A stretch of 64,000 bases of DNA from Nitrospirota bacterium. Its GTDB lineage: Bacteria; Nitrospirota; UBA9217. The stretch lies in contig CAVVUN010000003.1 in NCBI GenBank assembly GCA_963751455.1, positions 192,001 through 256,000 on the forward strand, in the 5' to 3' direction. The notes below the pieces were generated by a model that was not told the DNA's origin, did not search any database, and saw only the letters and a list, made by a program, of their open reading frames with translations. Both the position numbers and the translations under genes were made by a program. Shown one piece after another: positions 61,122 to 64,000 of the stretch (position 1 is its first letter; each line of letters begins with the position of its first letter).

Positions 61122-61979
61122 ATGGCACGACCTCTCCGCATAGAATACGCTGGCGCTGTTTACCACATTACCTCCCGAGGCAACGAAGGAAAGCCTGTTT
61201 TCAGGAGCGACCAGGACCGGATCAATTTCCTGAACACGCTTCAGCATGTCAATAAGCGCTACAATTGGATCTGCCATGCCTACTGCCTGATGGATAATCA
61301 CTATCATCTTTTGGTAGAAACGCCCGACGGCAATCTCGCCATAGGCATGCGCCAGTTAAACGGGGTATATACGCAGCTCTTCAACAAACTCCATGGCAGG
61401 GCTGGTCATCTGTTCCAGGGAAGATATAAGGCGATTCTTATTCAAAAAGACAGTCATCTCCTTGAAGTATGCAGGTATGTCGTGTTAAATCCCGTACGAG
61501 CAAAGATGGTAAATATACCGGAGGCATGGAAGTGGAGCAGCTACAAGGCAACTACCGGGAGGGAATCACCGTATCCCTGCCTTACCATAGACTGGGTCCT
61601 GGGTCAGTTCAGCGGAAAAAGGGCCATTGCGGAGAAAAAATACAAGGACTTCGTTCAATGGGGGATCGGTCAGAAAACGATATGGACTGAAGTGCGCGGC
61701 CAGGCAATCCTGGGCGAGGAAGAATTCGCGAATAAAATGGTCGATCATCTCAAAAAACACAAAAACGTGCCCGAGATACCGCGAAGCCAGCGCTACGCTA
61801 ACAGGCCGGGACTCGATAAGATCTTTTCTGCAAAGGTTCTTAAGGACAGGCTAAAGCGAGATCGGAAGATCGCCGAGGCAGTCGAGAAACACGGATATAC
61901 CCAGCGGGCAATTGCCAAACATCTCGATATGCACTACTCTTATATAAGTCAGATTTTGAGTGAGCGTGAGCAAACATAA
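61122..61979 (+). mobile_element. REP-associated tyrosine transposase (RAYT, IS200-like HUH Y1) with C-terminal HTH
   Basis: MARPLRIEYAGAVYHITSRGN; YCLMDNHYHLL; GHLFQGRY; YVVLNP; WKWSSY. Confidence 0.92.
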
Positions 61980-61981
61980 AT

Positions 61982-61998
61982 ATTAAAGACCTGACCCT
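61982..61998 (-). repeat. RAYT-associated repeat copy 4
   Basis: ATTAAAGACCTGACCCT just after the RAYT stop. Confidence 0.8.
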
Positions 61999-62199
61999 CA
62001 ATGCTTCCACTCCCGCGACAGGTGGGACCACGCCTGCTGCCCGATGAACAAACTCTTCACGACGCAGGATCTCATCGACAAGAGCAAACGATGCAAGAAA
62101 AGCATTGATGCAGTTGCAGGATATAGGTATACTGAGCAGCGGATAGCAGCTTTTGTCTGATTGAGAGGATATTCGGCAGGGAAAAGAAAGGGATGCGTA

Positions 62200-63066
62200 A
62201 TGAAGAATGAAAGTGATCCAATCTCAAAAAAGGTGGATGAGTTTCTGCAAATCTTCAAAAAAGGGGAGGAGTTCACCCAGGAGCTACTGACTGAAAACGA
62301 GAAGCTCCGGTTACAGGTCGCCGCACTGGAGAAGATTGCACAATCGTCCCCCGGACGCGGCGGCATCGGACCGATTCCGATCGAAGAACGGATACAGGTC
62401 CTGGAACAGGAGAACACGGCCCTTCTCGACAGGTTCCGCGCGGTGGAGGCGGAGAACAAGGATTTCGCCAACCGGTACGTCGAGGTGGAAGCCGAAAATA
62501 ATAATCTGGCGAACCTCTACGTTGCCAGCTACCAGCTTCATTCAACGCTCGATTTCAACGAAGCTGTGAGAATCATCATGGAAATCGTCATGAACCTCGT
62601 CGGGGCCGAGGAGTTCTCCATCATGATGCTCGACGAAAAGACAGAGGAATTGACGATCGTTGCGGGTGAAGGACTGGTCCCTGAGGAAAGGTCAAGCGTC
62701 AAGCTCGGCGAGGGAATCATCGGAAACTCCGCCCTCTCGGACAAAGCCTTTTACCGGGAAGGCGATCCTGCGGATATGAGCGGGGTCGATTACACCCATC
62801 CGCTGGTCTGTATTCCGCTCAAGATCAGCGAGCAGGTCATCGGCGTAATTGCCGTCTATAAGCTGCTTCAGCACAAACAGGCATTGAACAGCATGGATTA
62901 CGAGTTGTTCAGCATGCTGGCCGGCCATGCTGCCACGGCCCTCTATTCGTCCAACCTGTATTCTCATTCAGAGCGGAAGCTTTCCACGATCCAGAGCTTT
63001 CTCGATCTGCTGAAGGAAATAATAAAACGGAGGCGAACATGCCCGATTACACGTTTCTCGTCGTAG
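62200..63066 (+). CDS. Coiled-coil plus GAF-domain signalling protein (true stop may be ~63020)
   Basis: ENKDFANRYVEVEAENNNLANLYVASYQLHSTLDF; GEGIIG; LAGHAATAL. Confidence 0.85.
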   Translation: MKNESDPISKKVDEFLQIFKKGEEFTQELLTENEKLRLQVAALEKIAQSSPGRGGIGPIPIEERIQVLEQENTALLDRFRAVEAENKDFANRYVEVEAENNNLANLYVASYQLHSTLDFNEAVRIIMEIVMNLVGAEEFSIMMLDEKTEELTIVAGEGLVPEERSSVKLGEGIIGNSALSDKAFYREGDPADMSGVDYTHPLVCIPLKISEQVIGVIAVYKLLQHKQALNSMDYELFSMLAGHAATALYSSNLYSHSERKLSTIQSFLDLLKEIIKRRRTCPITRFSS

Positions 63067-63417
63067 ATGATTCTCCCACCATGCGCCAGCTTATCTGCTT
63101 CTCGCTCAAACGGATTCCGGGATGCAGGATCGTTGAAGCGAACGACGGCGTCGAAGCCTTGAAGAAGCTTGCGACCGATACTTTTTCGCTGATTCTTACG
63201 GACATCAACATGCCGATCATGGACGGGCTGAAGCTGGTTTCGATGATACGGAACGATCCGAAGTACAAATCGATTCCGATTATCATTATTACTACCGAGG
63301 GCGCCGAGGAAGACCGGAAAGACGGGCCTGGCACTCGGAGCGAACGGCTATGTATCGAAGCCGGTCAAAACCGGGGAGTTGCTGGATATGGTCAATAAAT
63401 TGCTCGGGAATTCATGA
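63039..63417 (+). CDS. CheY-like single-domain response regulator; frameshift ~63320
   Basis: VVDDSPTMR; TDINMPIMDG; shifted frame GLALGANGYVSKPVK. Confidence 0.85.
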
Positions 63418-63451
63418 AGAACATCGCTGAGAACCGCTGAGGAGAGCCTCT

Positions 63452-63542
63452 TAGGGTCGGTCTTTCTTCTTGAAGTTATCTTACACCTCTGCTATTGGCA
63501 CGCCCTCTTCGCATAGATTATCATGGCGCAATTTATCGCAGT
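63452..63542 (+). pseudogene. Second RAYT 5' remnant with degenerate repeat
   Basis: AGGGTCGGTCTTT followed by TTG-ARPLRIDYHGAIYR. Confidence 0.65.
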
Positions 63543-63628
63543 CTTGATACCTTTTGTTCAATCTGATGTTAAAAGAAGAATATGCTAAACTTTATCTGGA
63601 ACAGATAGTTGCTGTTCAGGAGGTAACC

Positions 63629-64000
63629 ATGCCAAAAAAGAATCTTGATATAGTGAAGACTTTCTTTGAAGCGGGACCGAAGGGTGACATGAGCGCAGCG
63701 CGTGTCGTACTTGATGATAATATCGAATGGATCGAACCCGAGGTGCCCGGGCTTTGGTTTTCGGGCGTTCACAGGGGTGCAGACACCGCATTAGAGGAAG
63801 TGGTGAAGCCGACATTCGAATATATCGATGATTTTAACATCGTGGTAGACGAGTACCTCGACGCTGGTGATGAGATTATTACCCTTGGCAGATTTGTGGG
63901 CAAGAGCAAAAAAACGGGTAAGAAACTCGATATCCCCGCTTGTTTTGTCTGTACGGTAAAGGACGAGAAAATAATCCGCTTCAGAGCCTATCACAACACT
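63629..64000 (+). CDS. NTF2/SnoaL-like protein (runs off window end)
   Basis: AGGAGG RBS; NLDIVKTFF...LDDNIEWIEP...GVHRG...YLDAGD...KIIRFRAY. Confidence 0.85.
   Translation, partial: MPKKNLDIVKTFFEAGPKGDMSAARVVLDDNIEWIEPEVPGLWFSGVHRGADTALEEVVKPTFEYIDDFNIVVDEYLDAGDEIITLGRFVGKSKKTGKKLDIPACFVCTVKDEKIIRFRAYHNT

Overview
Bacterial genomic DNA of moderate GC. Gene content (RNase J, ilvE, comM, PAS kinases, GAF-CheY pair) is compatible with a Nitrospirota or deltaproteobacteria-like lineage, which is an inference. Core-like genes include ilvE, tRNA-Leu(GAG), comM, a sugar ABC transporter, GT4 plus glycogen-debranching enzyme, RNase J, a POT transporter and a lytic transglycosylase. These alternate with accessory blocks: (i) 1-7.9 kb, SARP/BTAD activator fragments, a duplicated small ORF and repeat-rich surface lipoproteins; (ii) 32-44 kb, two AraC-type response regulators with secreted hydrolases (matrixin, permuted NlpC/P60, phospholipase A); (iii) three toxin-antitoxin pairs; (iv) a RAYT-type HUH transposase with GGGTCAGGTC repeats. 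The strongest non-coding signals are two upstream motifs with fixed geometry: TACCCTnAAAATACCC (4 copies) and a 22-bp-spaced GCAAnnAAnGnnG tandem box (3 promoters). Together they suggest a two-tier regulatory cascade onto secreted enzymes. There is also a dispersed ~270-350 bp mosaic repeat (4 copies plus a fragment) and many intergenic 7-9-mer arrays. About ten single-base frameshifts, mostly in short homopolymers, look like assembly indel errors rather than real pseudogenes.
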